Shown here piece after piece: positions 25,055-39,300 of a stretch of DNA of 64,000 bases (position 1 is the stretch's first letter; every line of letters begins with the position of its first letter). Location: assembly GCF_009914755.1 (NCBI RefSeq), contig NC_060942.1. One strand, given 5' to 3'. The stretch comes from the human T2T-CHM13v2.0 reference genome, Homo sapiens. The notes beneath the pieces were generated by a model, which had not been told where the DNA came from, did not search any database, and worked only from the letters and a program-made list of their open reading frames with translations. The translations under genes were made by a program, and so were the position numbers.

Positions 25055-25321
25055 AGAATTTTATTTTTCCATGATAAAAATTATAGCAACATTATAAAAC
25101 TTCTAGGCATGTGAGGAAAATATCACACCTAATCTCACCACTCTACCTCATAATCAGCATTTGGTGTTCTTATTTCTGCCTTTTGTCTTACACATTTTTA
25201 ACCTTGCCATAACCAAGATCCACTGGAGTTTTGTGTTCTGCTTTTTTTCTAAATATCTAAGCATTTTCCTCTCACATGATTACATAACCCCCTTAACCAT
25301 TTCTTTAAATGGCAACATTAT

Positions 25322-26638
25322 TGTGATGGTCAGTTGTATTTGTCAATTTGGCTGAACTGTGGTGTTCAGTTGCTTGGTCAAATACTGATCTAGATGTGAA
25401 AGTTTTAAAATACGTTATTAAAATTCGCCGTCAGTTGACTTTAAGTAAAGCAAATTACCCTCTGCAATGTGGATTACTCTTATTCAATCAGTTGAATCCT
25501 TTAAGAGTAAAGACAGATTTACTGACGAAGAGGGAATTCTGCCTCAAGACTACACCACAGAAATCTAGTCCAACTGTTCAGCCCACTGGCCTGCCCTGTG
25601 GATTTTGTTTTAGTTTCCAGTCCCCAGAGTTGCACGGTCCAATTCCCTAGAATAGGTTTCTCTCCCTCTCTCTCATGTTTGTGTATGTGTGTGTGTTTAT
25701 ATTTGTGTATGTGTATATGTTTATATTTGTGTATGTGTGCGTGTTTATATTTGCGTATGTGTGTTTATATTTGTGTGTGTTTACATTTGCGTGTGTGTTT
25801 ATATTTGCATATGTGTTTATATTTGCGTGTGTTTATATTTGTGTGTGTGTTTATATTTGCATATGTATGTGTTTATATTTGCGTGTTATATTTGCATGTG
25901 TATGTTTATATTTGTGTATGTGTATGAGTTTATATTTGCATGTGTTTATATTTGTGTATGTGTTTATATTTGCATATTTGTGTGTATGTTTACATTTGCG
26001 TATGTGTTTATATTTGTGTGTATGTGTTTATATTTGCGTGTGTGTTTATATTTGCATATGTGTGTTTAGATTTGCATATGTGTTTACATTTGCATGTGTT
26101 TTATATTTGCGTATGTGTGTTTATACTTGAGTGTTTATATTTGAGTGTTTATATTTGCATATGTGTATGTGTTTACATTTGCGTATGTGTATGTGCTTAT
26201 ATTTGCATGTGTTTATAGTTGCGTGTATGTTTATATTTGCCTGTGTGTGTGTTTATATTTGTGTGTCTATGTGTTTACGTTTGCATATGTGTATGTGTTT
26301 ACATTTGCGTGTGTTCATATTTGCGTATGTGTGTACATGTTTATATTTGTGTATGTGTATGAGTTTATATTTGCGTGTTTATATTTGCATGTGTGTTTAT
26401 ATTTGTGTATGTGTTTACATTTGCATATGTGTATGTGTTTACATTTGCATGTGTGTTTCTATTTGCGTGTGTGTGTTTACATTTGAGTATGTGTATGTGT
26501 TTATATTTGGGTGTGTGTGTTTATATTTGCATATGTGTGTGTTTATATTTGCGTGTGTGTTTACATTTGCATATGTGTGTGTTTATATTTGCATATATCC
26601 TGCTGGTTCTATTTGTGTGGAGAACTCGGACTGATACA
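25322..26638 (+). mobile_element. MLT2 (ERVL) solo LTR with an internal expanded satellite
   Basis: Starts TGTGATGG and ends GGAGAACTCGGACTGATACA. Perfect 5-bp TSD ATTAT (25317-25321 / 26639-26643). MLT2-type internal motifs GACTTTAAGTAAAGCAAATTACCCTC and GGAATTCTGCCTCAAGACT. Confidence 0.85.
25676..26597. repeat. TG/TA-rich degenerate minisatellite (GTTTATATTTG(C/T)RTATGT core), ~0.9 kb
   Basis: Recurrent TGTTTATATTTG separated by variable (TG)/(TA) runs. Confidence 0.95.
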
Positions 26639-26643
26639 ATTAT

Positions 26644-26900
26644 ATTCTATTGAGTTCTTAAATTTATTTAATTGCTTTGCTATTGTTGGATATTTTAGCT
26701 TTTTCCAAATTATGCTACTAAAACAATACATCAGTAAATATATGTACACACTTGTTCATATTTGGATTACTCCATATTAGATTCTTAGGCATTGAATTAC
26801 CACACTAACAGTGTGCCCACATTGTTGGCATACATACTTTCTTCTGCCAACACCAACAATGTAATCTTCAACTCATTGGTTATCATATTTTTAAAAATGT
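26644..26900 (-). mobile_element. Old L1 (L1ME-like) remnant hosting the MLT2 insertion
   Basis: ATTGTTGGATATTTTAGCTTTTTCCAAATTATGCTAC...TAGATTCTTAGGCATTGAATTAC resembles antisense L1ME 3' region; it probably continues at ~25060-25320. Confidence 0.5.
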
Positions 26901-27579
26901 GAGCCAGTTCCATAAATAAATCCAAACCCCTCATCATGGGTTACACCTTCAATGCTTACTCCATGCCAGACTTTGTCTAGCTACAGGGAGCTTGCAAAAA
27001 ATAAAAAAAAAAAAACATAAAATTCAAAAGAAAGAAAATGAAAATAGAGCACTCCAGGCAAGGGAACAGCAAGTGCAGGAGGAAGGTCTTTAAGTAAAAA
27101 CAATGAATCCCCAGCAGTCTGCACCAGGATGCAATCCATGCACTGCTTCCAGAGAGACTTACAAAAACAATTAGTAATTTAATGTGTCTGAAAATTTTTG
27201 TGCAAATATATGTTATCTTCATCAAAACTACGTACAGTACACTTAGGAAAAAAGTTTAGTTGCAAGCAACTTCACATTCAAAAATTTGTACATGTATGAA
27301 TACACAACATGTCCCAATTCACGGTGGTTGCACTTCTGGTCTGACTCCTTCCAGCCTCCGAGGAAGCTTGGAGGACATGATGCAATTATGTTTTCATTCC
27401 TTGGCCACTGCTCTGGTCCAGAAGTCGTCTTCTGGAAACAAGTGTTCTTGGTTCCAATTTACCCATATCTTCCTTCCTAAAGTAAATCCCTACAACAACC
27501 CATGCTGATTTGTGTGTGTGGTGGGGGGCGGGGTGGGGGTGTACAAAAATACAAATGTAAAAGTAGACAGGGAGATGCC

Positions 27580-27907
<328 letters not shown>

Positions 27908-28513
27908 TTATTAATCACGGATATAAAAGGAATTTGGGTGGCTCAGCGTCTTGAAAGGAGAAAGGAAAGAGTCTCCACTTCTGACCATATTATGAAAAGG
28001 TAAAATGCCTTGTTTTTGCTGTGAACATGCTGTGACACAGGTGTGCGACTGAAGCTGACACGGCGCGGGGCCGCGTGAAGGGTCACAAGTCGTGTGCACG
28101 CCTGCCTTCCTGTTCCTTTGAGGTGAGGGTCCCGGGTCGTGTGCACGCCTGCCTTCTTGTTCCTTTGGGTCTTTACTGGAGCTCATTTCTGGGCTTGTTC
28201 TAAGAGTCATTTCCGGAGAAGTCACTTGGGGAAAGGAGGAGGAACAAGAGAAAGTGGGACGTAGCGAGGGACCACCGCAGAGACGGATGGGGCTTAGCCG
28301 CAGCAGGTTCTGGAGGGACCGTGGCTACATCAGAGGAGCTCCGAGGGGACTAACTCAGCGTGCCCTGTGCGTTTGTGTGAGATCCGTCAGCCTCGCATCC
28401 GCGTGCCCCACCGCCTGGACTATCCTTGCTTCCAAGAGTGCCCCGTCCCTTTCTCATCTACAGAAGCTTAAACTGTCGTCACATGTGGCCTCTGAATTCT
28501 TTCTTCTTCTAAG

Positions 28514-28775
28514 CCAGGGCTTTGCAACTTTTTTTAAACTGAGACCCACAATAAGAGGCACATTGTACATCACAACCAGCACGTACACGCAGAAGTGAAA
28601 TAAGAGTTTGTGAAACAGCACTCCCTCTGATGAGTGATTCCCTGATAGAAATCACGACTTCCATTATGGTCATAGAAATAGGTGCTTCCATGCTGCTCTG
28701 CTCCTTTTTGAAAATGCTCGTTAGGACTCATTAAATTGATTTCACAACCAGCTGTTTCACAAACAAGTCTAAGTC
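28514..28775. mobile_element. hAT-Charlie-type MITE remnant
   Basis: CAGGGCTTTGCAACTTTTTTTAAACTGAGACCCACAATAAGA ... CATTAAATTGATTTCACAACC resembles old MER hAT MITEs; exact family uncertain. Confidence 0.45.
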
Positions 28776-30099
28776 GTTGCAGCCTGGAAGCTGCTTCTCT
28801 GAGGAGGCTGCGGCAGCACTGACCCGAGGGCCCGTCCTCATTTCCGCCTCTTCCCGGCCTCTCTCGCACGGGTCGTGAAACCCACTGTGTCCCCATCACC
28901 CCATCCCAGAGGACTCTCTTCTTCTGTCCCCACCCCACAATCCTCCTGCTGTACCTTTCCCCAGGCCCCACCGAACTGCACGGTGTCAGTGACTCGCCTC
29001 GGTGCCCGGGCACCCACCCCTGGCCGGCGCCAAGCCCGGCCTCATCCTCGTCCCTCTGGCCTCAGGCTGTGGGATCTGCCCTCATTCTGTAAAGGCTTTT
29101 GTGTCCCTGAAACGCTTCCTTTGTTGTGACGAGACTAAGGTGTGAGACAGGATTACAACACACCAAAATGCAGCCACGTCTTAGGCCTGGAGTTGTGGGT
29201 GACTGGTAGCATATTCTTTATATATTTGCATTGCATTTTCCAACTTGTCTCCAATGGATCACGTTACTTTTAGGACCAGAAAGAAAACTGACATTAGGAT
29301 GAGAAGAAATGGAAAGGCATTGCTGGTCCGTCTGTCTGGGTCTCGCTGGTGCCGCCCCTGGTCAGGGGGTGCTGGCTGCAGGTGGTCTGTCCCGGAGCCT
29401 GTGGCCCATTTTCAGTGAGGAGCAGGAAAGCCCAAAGCTGTTGCTGGCGGCTGGTGGTGCTGCTGCGGGGGGCTCCACGCGGCGGGGCCATTGCTGCCCC
29501 TCAAGGGCACCGTGGGGGCCCCCAGTCTGCGGGGCTGGCGAGTGGCTTCCTGGCACAGATGTTTTTTATATGTTTGTTCCAGCTATGTCTGGCTAAGCCG
29601 CCTCTTTCTAAATGCAGGGCCTGTGCACACATTTGCTCCGGGGATTTTTTTCTACTTTGAAAGGCAGCTCTCGGCAGGGCTGGCTGTGTTTCCTTTGCGA
29701 TGTGAGCTGCTCGGTGTCGGATGTCACGGATCTGGGGTGTTGGGGACGTGGAGGAGGGAGGCGCAGGCCTCTGCTCGCCAAGGCGGATCCCAGCCCGTCT
29801 GCAGCCTCACCTCCTGTTTCAGTGGCCATGCTGATGATGTCACCCACATACCGAAGTGAACATGCTATTTCCTGACCTAAAGTCGGCCAAGGGGAGCGGG
29901 CAAGTCTGTGTGAATCTTCCTTTCCCCCTGAGATGGCGAAGTCAACACAGAAGACGTGGTTTCCCTGAGCTCCGGCTTCTGGGCTCTGAGTTTCCCCCCA
30001 GCTCCCTCCACTTCTCCGCTGTCCGTCTCCTCCATTTGTCTAAGGGAAGAGACAGGGAAGAAGAAGTGTGGCCTGGGTGGATTCTGGCCCTAAAGTGAA

Positions 30100-30620
30100 G
30101 CATAAAAGAATAAAGAGAAAGAACAGGACATCTCCACGAGCTCAGGGCAGGCAAAGCTTGCTCAGGGCAGTCAAATAGGACACAGAAAATCCAAGCCATA
30201 CAGGAAAAGGTTAATCTCATTTGACTTCGTTAAAATGATAAACTTTTGTTCATCGAAAGACATCATTCCAAAAAGAAGAGGCAAGTCAGACTCAGAGATT
30301 GGTGGTCCATGCAGCCAACAAATAACCAGAATATATATAAAGAACACTTACATATCCATAAGAAACATGCTAACAGCTCTATTTTTTTAATGGGCAGAAT
30401 ACTGGCACAGGAGTTTCACAGATGAGGATATCCAAATGGTCAGTCCACATTGGAAAGGTGCTCAGTGTCACCATTCATCAGGAGGACAACCACGAGATGC
30501 CATCATCCCCCCACAGAAGGCTTGAAGCCCAGAGGACTGACGGGGCCAGTGTCAGAGGGGGTGCAGGGCAAACAGCCCATTGTGGACAGAAGCCTCAGTG
30601 GACGCAGCCACCTTGGAAGC
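30100..30620 (+). mobile_element. Old L1 (L1M) ORF2-end/3' remnant
   Basis: AAACTTTTGTTCATCGAAAGACATC, AATGGGCAGAATACTGGCACAGGAGTTTCACAGATGAGGATATCCAAATGG and GAAAGGTGCTCA are L1 ORF2 C-terminal landmarks. Confidence 0.7.
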
Positions 30621-31554
30621 GCTGGTTATTGGTGATTCTTTCTCTGCAGGTGGTCCGACCTGTGTGCCCTCACTGGCTCACCACTCTTCCCGTGAGCTTA
30701 GGGCAAGCAAAGATTTCTTACACAGGTCCCAGAACATTCTTGCATTCCATGCATCTTGGAAAGCAACCCTGTCCACGGCTTTGTTTTCTGCTCCACCTGC
30801 GTGGCTGTTACCTGTGGCACCTAAACATTGCTCAAGGACCTGGCAGCAGCTGCAGCCATGCTCCTGCCAGGCTCCTGATAAGATTGGAAATCACGTGCAA
30901 CGCTGAGCGCCATCAGCTGAGATTTGGACCTTAAAGCTGCTCCTTATGCTAACATTTTTTTTCTCAGCATGGAACTGCGAAGTGTCCTAAATGTGGAAAA
31001 TCGAATTGGGTGTCAGAAAAAAACCAATAAGTGCCTCTTCAATAATTAACAGATGGAGATCCAGACCAACAGCAAAGTTAATCAATGCAAAAAGGTGGTG
31101 CAGGACAGACAAACAGAAACTCAGGAGCTCCTTTTAGAAACCAGAGGCTCCTGGCGGGAGCACTCACGACCTCCTCAGGTCACTAAGCTGGGGTATGCGC
31201 CACACTACCTGGCCACGGTCTCTTCCTCAGATTTGCCATAAACCTCACCTGGCGTCCTCAAGTACACTTGGACCACATGGGCATCAGAACATCAAGTGGG
31301 AAACACGCATGAATTTTCCACCCCAGGATCCTGGAAAAAGAAGCACTTGTTCCTACAGAACCTGCTTATTCTGATCTTTGGGTAACTAGATAATTCTTTC
31401 TAAATCCTGCTGAGGGTGAAGAATATTGTGTTCCATGTTTTAAAAACACATTGGAAGAACACCGTTCTTTCTGAAGCCAGAAGGGAAATACATCAACAGC
31501 TGAGGTGAGGTTTCGCTACGGTGCTCAGCAGATTTAGATAACATGGTGTCTGAG

Positions 31555-32035
31555 TCCAGTAGTACATGCTCTCACCTTCACTGTCTCAGTACAACAGGAC
31601 ACGCTCTCACCTTCACCATCTGGGTACAGCAAGACACGCCCTCACCTTTACCGTCTCAGTACAGCAGGACACACTCTCACCTTCACCGTCTCAGCGCAGC
31701 GGGACACGCCATCACCTTCACCGTCTGAGTGCAGCAGGACACGCCCTCACCTTCACCGTCTCAGTACAGCAGGACACACTCTCACCTTCACTGTCTCAGT
31801 ATAGCGGTCCACGCCCTCACCTTCACCGTCTCAGTACAGCCAAACACGCCCTCACCTTCACCGTCTCAGTACAGCAGAACATGCCCTCACCTTCACCGTC
31901 TCAGCACAGCAGGACATGCCCTCACCTTCACCGTCTCAGTACAGCAGGACATACCCTCACCTTCACCGTCTCAGTACAGTGTGACAGTGCTCTCACCTTC
32001 ACCATCTGAGTACAGTGGGACAGCACTCTCACCTT
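31555..32035. repeat. 35-bp minisatellite, ~14 copies
   Basis: CTCACCTTCACCGTCTCAGTACAGCAGGACACGCC starting at 31571, 31606, 31641 and onward. Confidence 0.97.
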
Positions 32036-33119
32036 TATAGTCCCGGTGAGTGATCTATGGAACTGGTGCTTTTTTTTTATTTTTATTTTTTTGTGGAGTG
32101 TCTGAAAAATCTCTCCAGTGGTGGTGACTGGGGTGAGTTATCAAGATGAAGCAAATTGGACTGAACTATATGAGAAAAAGCCAGGCCTGCAGAAGATAGG
32201 CTGATGGAAGCCCACAGAAATGAGTGAAACTGAAGGCGGGGCCGAGGTTGCCCCAGACCTTCGCTACACACACCCCTCAGAGCTGTTTCTCAAAGATGTT
32301 TACACTAGCAAGAGGCTCAGCGTTCATCGTTTATAACAGCTTCTGGGAGCCACAGTTGAGTTTACCGTCTCGCCTTTCAGTACTTATGTATGCAGGGTGG
32401 CAACTCAAGCTATCATGGTCACAGAATTAAGAGGGACGAACGTGGATAGGTAGGGTTTCATTTTCCATATCCCTCCAGCAAGCAGGGTGGGTGAGGATGG
32501 GGACGCTTTCCTCTCCTGCTTGAGAGCCGACTTCTTAGAGGCCTTAGTAGACATCCACCAAACATCCAACCACCACAGAGGGCGACGGGAAGACCCCCTC
32601 ATCCAGGGCAAGCAGCTGCGGAGCTCACACGGGGTCGGGGCGAGGGCATCCCGCTGGCATGCGCTTGTAGCCACGGCAGGGGCCCTGGAAGAGAGACAGG
32701 AATTAGTCATCCCACGGTTTGTCGTCTGGCGGTGTAGTTTGACACTTGAGAGATGTGATCTTTATTTCAGAAACACCATCTGGCCATCAGCCCAATTCTT
32801 GACTTTTTCATTTCTCTCAAGATGATCATTAGGAGTGGTTTCAACAAAACTGAACACAGAATTTTGAGGGCCCCAATCATGACTCAACCAGAGCCCTCCC
32901 TGAATTCTTCATGAGTCAGCCCGGCCCTCCCCACTGACTTCACCCTAGCGGGCACCTGTCTTTCTTCTTCTTTTATCACTTTTTGCTTCTCTTTTGGTTT
33001 CCAGCTCTGACTGAATTCAGACCCAACACCTTCCAATTCTTCCCGGCCCCCTCAGGGAAACCCAGAGGCAAATTTGAGTGCAGGGAGCGGGGGCTTCGCG
33101 TGGAGCTGGGACTGCCCCA

Positions 33120-33247
33120 CGCTGAGAGGGACCTGAGACGCCGTCGCCTTCCCAGGCTGCTCCCCGCTGAGAGGGACCTGAGACGCCGGCGCCTTCCCAG
33201 GCTGCCTCGCGCTGAGAGGGACCTGAGACGCCGGTGCCTTCCCAGGG
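33120..33247. repeat. 45-bp tandem repeat x~3
   Basis: GCTGAGAGGGACCTGAGACGCC at 33121, 33166 and 33211. Confidence 0.95.
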
Positions 33248-35830
33248 AGCTCTGGAGAGGGGCCTCAGGTTGGGGAGGAGGGGGTCTGCCATCCTCCCTC
33301 TCTACGGGGAGGGCTGCCTTGTGATGGGGGCTCAGGATCCACTACAGGGCCCCGACCCCGAGGCAGAAGTGGGGGTGGTGCTTCCTGCCACCCCTCACCA
33401 GGCAGGGATGCCAGGGATTCCGCAGCCGGAGTCGAACCTACGTTTACCTGAATGGAAGGAGAGAGGCATCTCTGGCCGAAGGAAGAGGGGAAGTGGCAAC
33501 TCCCAGTGAAGAGGTCGTCCCCAAGCCACAGGGTGGCTGGTGGCCACTTCGGGAGGAGGCTCCGGGACCTGGGGAGGAAAGGCCAAGCGAGGCGGGTGTG
33601 CGTGCAGAGGACGCTCTGTTCAGATTCCTCCCCAAATAGTGATGGAGCTCCAGGAGCTGCCCTGTCAGGGATCTGTGGGGCATGTGTGTTTCCTTTACCA
33701 CCTCCGGAAACTGCGCTACAATGGCAGTGAGTGGAGGGGATGACCCCGTGGGATGAAGAAAACAGCAAGCCACAGTGGTTCGGAGGAAAGGCCGGCAGTG
33801 GCACAAAGTGGGTCTGCAGGGGCGGGCGAGCTGCATCCCAAGCCCAGGAAAAGCCCGAGACACCAGGAGCTGGGCTGCCCTAGGAGGCTGCAGACAGAGG
33901 TGGGGCCACCAGTTCCAAAAGCAACTCCAAGACCTCAAGGCTGTCTTCCAACAAGCTCGGCCGTGGACGCACGTCCTCCCACCAGGCGGGAGCAGGGCAC
34001 CCTTAGCCAGGGCTGCAGGGAGGGCGGACGGATGCCACGGGTGCTGGGCCCTGCTTCCCGCAACAGCAGCCCAGCTGCAGAAGGTCACCAAGATTTGATG
34101 ACAGGGAGCACGTGAACTCTGGGCTCACTCCAGCCCTCCTGGCTGGCTGCCGAATGCTGGCCACATGACATTTTGCAGTTCAGAACCCAAGTTGAAGAGG
34201 GGTATGTGGGACCCCTCAACAGCAGCAGGGAAACCCGTGGGCCGTGGGCAATGCCTTGGTACATTCAGGAAAAGGATATCCTACCTAGAAGTGGAATCCA
34301 ACCATATTATCAGTCAAGAGTAAAGAGAAAAAGACGTTTTCAGACCAGTACAGAGGCTGCTAGAGGAAGTGCTTCACCAAAACGAGGCATCAGCCCTGAA
34401 GGAGGACCTGGCGCCAGGACACAGGAGAGACACGGGGGGCTCTGGGGATGTGGGGAGGGGCTCCTGGGTGACAGTGCAGGAGAGCTGAGGTCTTCCAGGG
34501 GGGTCTGAACCACCATTCTCATTGTGTGGAGAGATTTCCATTTCTGACCGAGAGGTTGGGAGAGAATTGAGGATGGGTATATGAGCAAAGCCATTTGAAA
34601 ATCAAGGCAGTTATTAATTCCAGGCAAAATATAATTTTATAAGATGGGCCATGTAATCACAACACATTAGGCTACATTGGCTGCTGTGACCAAGGCCAAA
34701 ATAACAGTGGTCTAAATAATCTAGAAGCTCACTCTCTCAGGAAGCTGTTGGCATGGAAGTGGATACAGCAGCTCTGCAGGGCCAGGCCTGGCTGTCCTGA
34801 GCATATGGCAGGCATCTGCTCACAATCTGCCCACCATCAAGCCCACACTTCCCTCAGGGGAGACCAGGGGAGTGGTGTCTTTCCCCTTCCCATGTCCTGC
34901 CAGGAAGCTGTATGCTTCATGTCCACTCATGGGCACTGACCAATGGCCAAAGCCCAGTCCCACAGCCCACTGCAGAGGAGGCTTGCGCACCTGCCCACAG
35001 GCCCAGCAACACTGGGATTTCTATAAAAGATGTCTCAAGGCAACTGGAGGACGTTGGGCCTTGGATGCTATTAAGGGATGACTGCTAGTTTAGCTGGGTA
35101 TGATAGCAATATTGTGGTGATACCGGTAAAAGCCCTTACCCGTAAGAAATATAAACAAAAGTGTTGATGGATGAGATGACACGGTGCCTGAGGTCTGCTT
35201 CAGAATATCCCACATGTATTTAGGTATTACTCGTGTGATTAAGAAGTAAATTTTTTAAAAGATCAAAGAATTTCTCCTGCCACATCTAGAAGAGGAGGCT
35301 GGAAGGTGATGGGGGACCAGCCATCCCTGTCCATGGGCATACCCACAGCTGCTGTGAACACCCACAGATGAGCTGATGCCCACCCAGCGTGGGGTCCACC
35401 TCCACCTGGGCCCGATGCAGGAGGGGCCCAGGGAAGGAAGCAAACAGCCCTTGAGGTGGACATTTCCAACAGCCCCAAATGGTCACCCTCCCCAGCAGGA
35501 CATTAGCAGAAAATACCTATAACTTAGAAATCATTGAAAAGCAGTGAAACACTTTTTTTTTAATTGAAGGTGAGAACCAAAAGGAAGTTTAAAGAATATT
35601 CCAAGTGAGCAGAGGGGGTGGCGGGATCACCCAAAAATGCTACTTTGTGGTTATGGTCATTATAAGCATAAAATATATCTAAAATACTTGAAAGTTATCA
35701 CTTTAATAAAACAACAAAGAGATAGAAAAAGCCTTGCTGAAGCAAGGGAGGCTGATGTGCACAGGACGAACAGAAGTGAAGTGAGGAAGAACAAGGGAAA
35801 CTTCGTGGCCCAGGCCCGCGTGCATGCCTA

Positions 35831-36037
35831 GCTGGGTTTACCACCCCCGCGAGGGCCTCATGCCACGCGTGGACACCGTCAGCCCAGTGGCCAGAGCCTG
35901 GCTGGGTTTACCACCCCTGCAAGGGCCTCATGCCACACATGGACACCGTCGGGCCAGCGGCCAGAGCCTGGCTGGGTTTACCACCCCCATGAGGGCCTTG
36001 TGCCACACATGGACACTGTTGGCCCAGAGGCCAGAGC
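35831..36037. repeat. 70-bp tandem repeat x3
   Basis: GCTGGGTTTACCACCCC at 35831, 35901 and 35971. Confidence 0.93.
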
Positions 36038-36106
36038 TCCCCAAAGCCAGGGCTGCTGCCTGGAGAACAGTTACCCTTGGGGTGGGAGCGGTACCTCCCA
36101 CGAGCT

Positions 36107-36325
36107 GCAATGGGACTGTGTGTGCCGCCGGCACCTGGCATTGCGCATTCTGCGTGTGTCCCAGGAGGACCCTGTGCGGTGACTGTTCCACACTTTCCAC
36201 ATTTGCTTCTCCTGCGAGTCGCAATGGGACTGCGTGTGCCGCTGGCCCCTGGCATTGCACATTGCGGGTTTGTGCCAGGAGGACCCTGTGTGGGGACTGT
36301 TCCACACTTTCCACATTTGCTTCTC
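36107..36325. repeat. 114-bp tandem duplication x2
   Basis: GCAATGGGACTG...CCACACTTTCCACATTTGCTTCTC at 36107 and 36221. Confidence 0.92.
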
Positions 36326-39300
36326 TGGTAGCAGGTGAGCTCCGGGATTCCGTCAGCGCTACCTCCGCGGGTCCCCTGAAATATTCAAAGAGTATGAACA
36401 GGTTAAAAGTTTTAACCCCTGAATAGCTGGGATGTAAAAAATGAAATCTGGCAAGTGGTTAAACGAAATTACAGACCTAATTGCTTACACTTAAAATAAT
36501 ACTAAAGCAAATGTGAGATTGTGTTTAACTTGGAGGACCAGCACCGTCGGCAACGTGGTTCTGTTCTAATTTTTCACCAGGGAGGGCTCTACATTCCAGG
36601 CTGTTATGAAATGAAGTCCTCAGTGTCTGTGAAGTTCAAGTGTTTTAAATGGAGCAGAGGCCTCTCCAGGGATTGCCCACCCCATTTCCACCTCAGTCCT
36701 GTTGGGAAACCATCCCTGCTGCCATAAGCAGAGAGCAAGAGCTCCCACCTTCTGATGCAGCGGCTAGATACCAGGAGGGCCACGGAAGCTGGGACCCTGA
36801 GAGACTCCGAACCACAGATCCAACTGGGGGATGCCAGGCACTGACAGAACCACGGGGCCCTAAAAGGCGGAAACCGTGACTCCACAGGACTCCTCTCTTC
36901 TGCAACCTGCTCCAAGGCTGCCCCTGTGCAGAGCTCAACTATGCAGCTGTGGCCCTGACCCCTCTGCCAGGCTGCCCGCACCACTCCAGGGGACACGGTT
37001 TCCACTGTGGGCAGCTGGTGCAGTGTGACCGTGGTGCAGGTGGGGCCTCTGGGCAGAGGACATCTTGGTAAACTGGGCTGCAGCAGGGCCCAAAGGTCGG
37101 GATTGAGGGGAGGCCCTGCCAGGTGACCTCTGCAAGGACCTGGGGAACTGCACGCAAAATCGCAGAGAGAGAAGGATGTGGTTCTTAACCAGCTTCCACC
37201 CTGTCTTGCAGCCTCTGTGTTTACTTCCCAGTTGATCTTTAATTTCAGTTGCCAAAGCAGCTGTTTGCACCGTGCAGATGAGTCCCAGGGGCCTCAGACC
37301 CGCCCAGCCGCCCGCCCAAGGCGAGAATTGGGGCTGCGGCTGGGCTGGGCAGACGGGGTTGGGGGGCACAGCTCACAGGGCCCCCCACATTCCGCGCTGC
37401 CAAGTCTTCTTTTTCCAGTAGTCCCAAGCTAACTTGAAGAAAGAAAAATATGAGGGAGGGAAAGAGAGAAAGAGAGGTGAAAAAATATGGTCATAAATCT
37501 GGGACCTGTTTTTATTGGTGCTTCTATTTCAGATTTCCAGTTTGGAAAAATACTTTTTTATGCATCTCAGGCACCTTGGTGATGGTGGAGTGATGATGAT
37601 AAATGCAAAAAGTTTTTAAAAGTCCTTTTTGTGCCCAGGAGAACAAAGTCTGGTACAGTGCGGCCACCTCAGGGCCTCTGTCATCCTTAGACTAAAGAGG
37701 GTTGGCTTGTCCAATTTAACTTTGCCCCATGCCTCCGTGCTAGTGTGACTGGGCCAGGATGCCCTCGGTGCCCTGAGACCCTGTCCATGCCTGGCTGCGC
37801 CTCCCAGGTTTGTCTTAGGGAGCAGAGGTTGGCCAGGCGCCCTGTGGGAGGCTCAGCAGGGAAAGCGCCTCTTGTTGGGGAATAGCTCGGGGGAAGCGCT
37901 TTCAGATGAACTGCAGGGAACAGGTGAAGAGTGTGGACACCGGAGCATGGGGCGGTGAGAAGACACAATACGAGGCCTGCCGTCCGAACGCGGACCCTGC
38001 AGCCCCTGCGGCGGGAAGCCGTGAACACAAGGCTGAGTTTGCGCCTCTGATTTGCGCCACGTGATGGGACTTGCCGGGGCCTCCCTGCCCGTGAAGAGGC
38101 TGTTTTTGCTTTGAGTCTGCGTGCACGGTGGGTCTGCTGCGCCTGCATAGGTGGGTTTAATTGGCTCCAGCTGCACTGGCGGCGCCTCTCCTCCACTAGG
38201 ATGTGGCGCATGGAGTTATGGGTGGAGCCCTTTGAAGCAGCTGCAAGTCATTCTGTCGTATAAACTGAAATAAGAAGAGGGTGAAAAATCCAAGCCCGTG
38301 ACTCTGCCCGCTCCACAGCTGTGCTCACACAGCTCCGCGAGACGGCCGCCCAAACAAAGCTACCTCCGTGGGCCTTGGCCGGCTGACAAGAGGAAGAGAA
38401 GGAGATTACTCTAAGCTCCAGGTATTCTGGTGAGCTGGAAGCTGGCCGGGAGGGCCAGGCGCCAGTGACACCTCCAGCCAGCAGGCCCATGTGGAGGCCC
38501 CATCCCGAGAGCGTGCCCGGGGCGAGGCGTGTCCGGCCACCACCGACCACCAGCCGCCCAGGAGGCAGAGGTGACCGGAGAGGGGGCTGCTCGGTTCAGG
38601 GAGGAGCCCAGCCCCCAACGCAGGGCACGGATGGAATCTCTCAAGGTTCCCTGGGCATCCTGCCCACCCAAGCTGACTGCTAAGGTCATCGATATGGAGC
38701 AGGAGCCCAGGCCTAGAGTGTCCAGGCCAAGTGACCACCATGAGTGCCTGAGAGGCCGGACGTGCAGGCTGGCTCCTGGCTTCTCACCTGAGCCTCCCCA
38801 GCCCCTTGCCTCCACGTCTGAGAATGCCCGGCGCCCCAGCATGGCCTTGGGGAGGCGGCGGTGCTGAGTGCATGGGGCCGAGAGGATGGCTCTGGGCCAG
38901 TCGGGTGCTGGGACAGTGGCTGGCAGGGGACCCATTTGGAGAAGAGCCCACTGCTCTGAGCAGCTCCAGCTGCAGCTCCCACCGCCCTCTTGTGAGGGCC
39001 TGCCTGGGCCCGTGTCCAAATCCCAGCACCACAGGCCACATGGCCGGCAGGTCTCACGGGGTGAGCACAGCAGAGGCCGCTTTTACACAGGGACCCCTGG
39101 GGCCCCCTCCAAGGGCTGCTGCCTGAGAGGGAGCGTGGCCCACGGAGACCCCCTGGACTTGGCCTCTGGGGCCCACCTGGTGGTTTCTGAGGGTGCTGCC
39201 AGGCCAGAAGCTCAAATCCTGCTGGCTGCGCTGTCCTGAGGCCACAGCCAACACCCACTCCTGCCTCCAGCCCGCTGTCCCTTCCCACTGTTAGCGGGGC

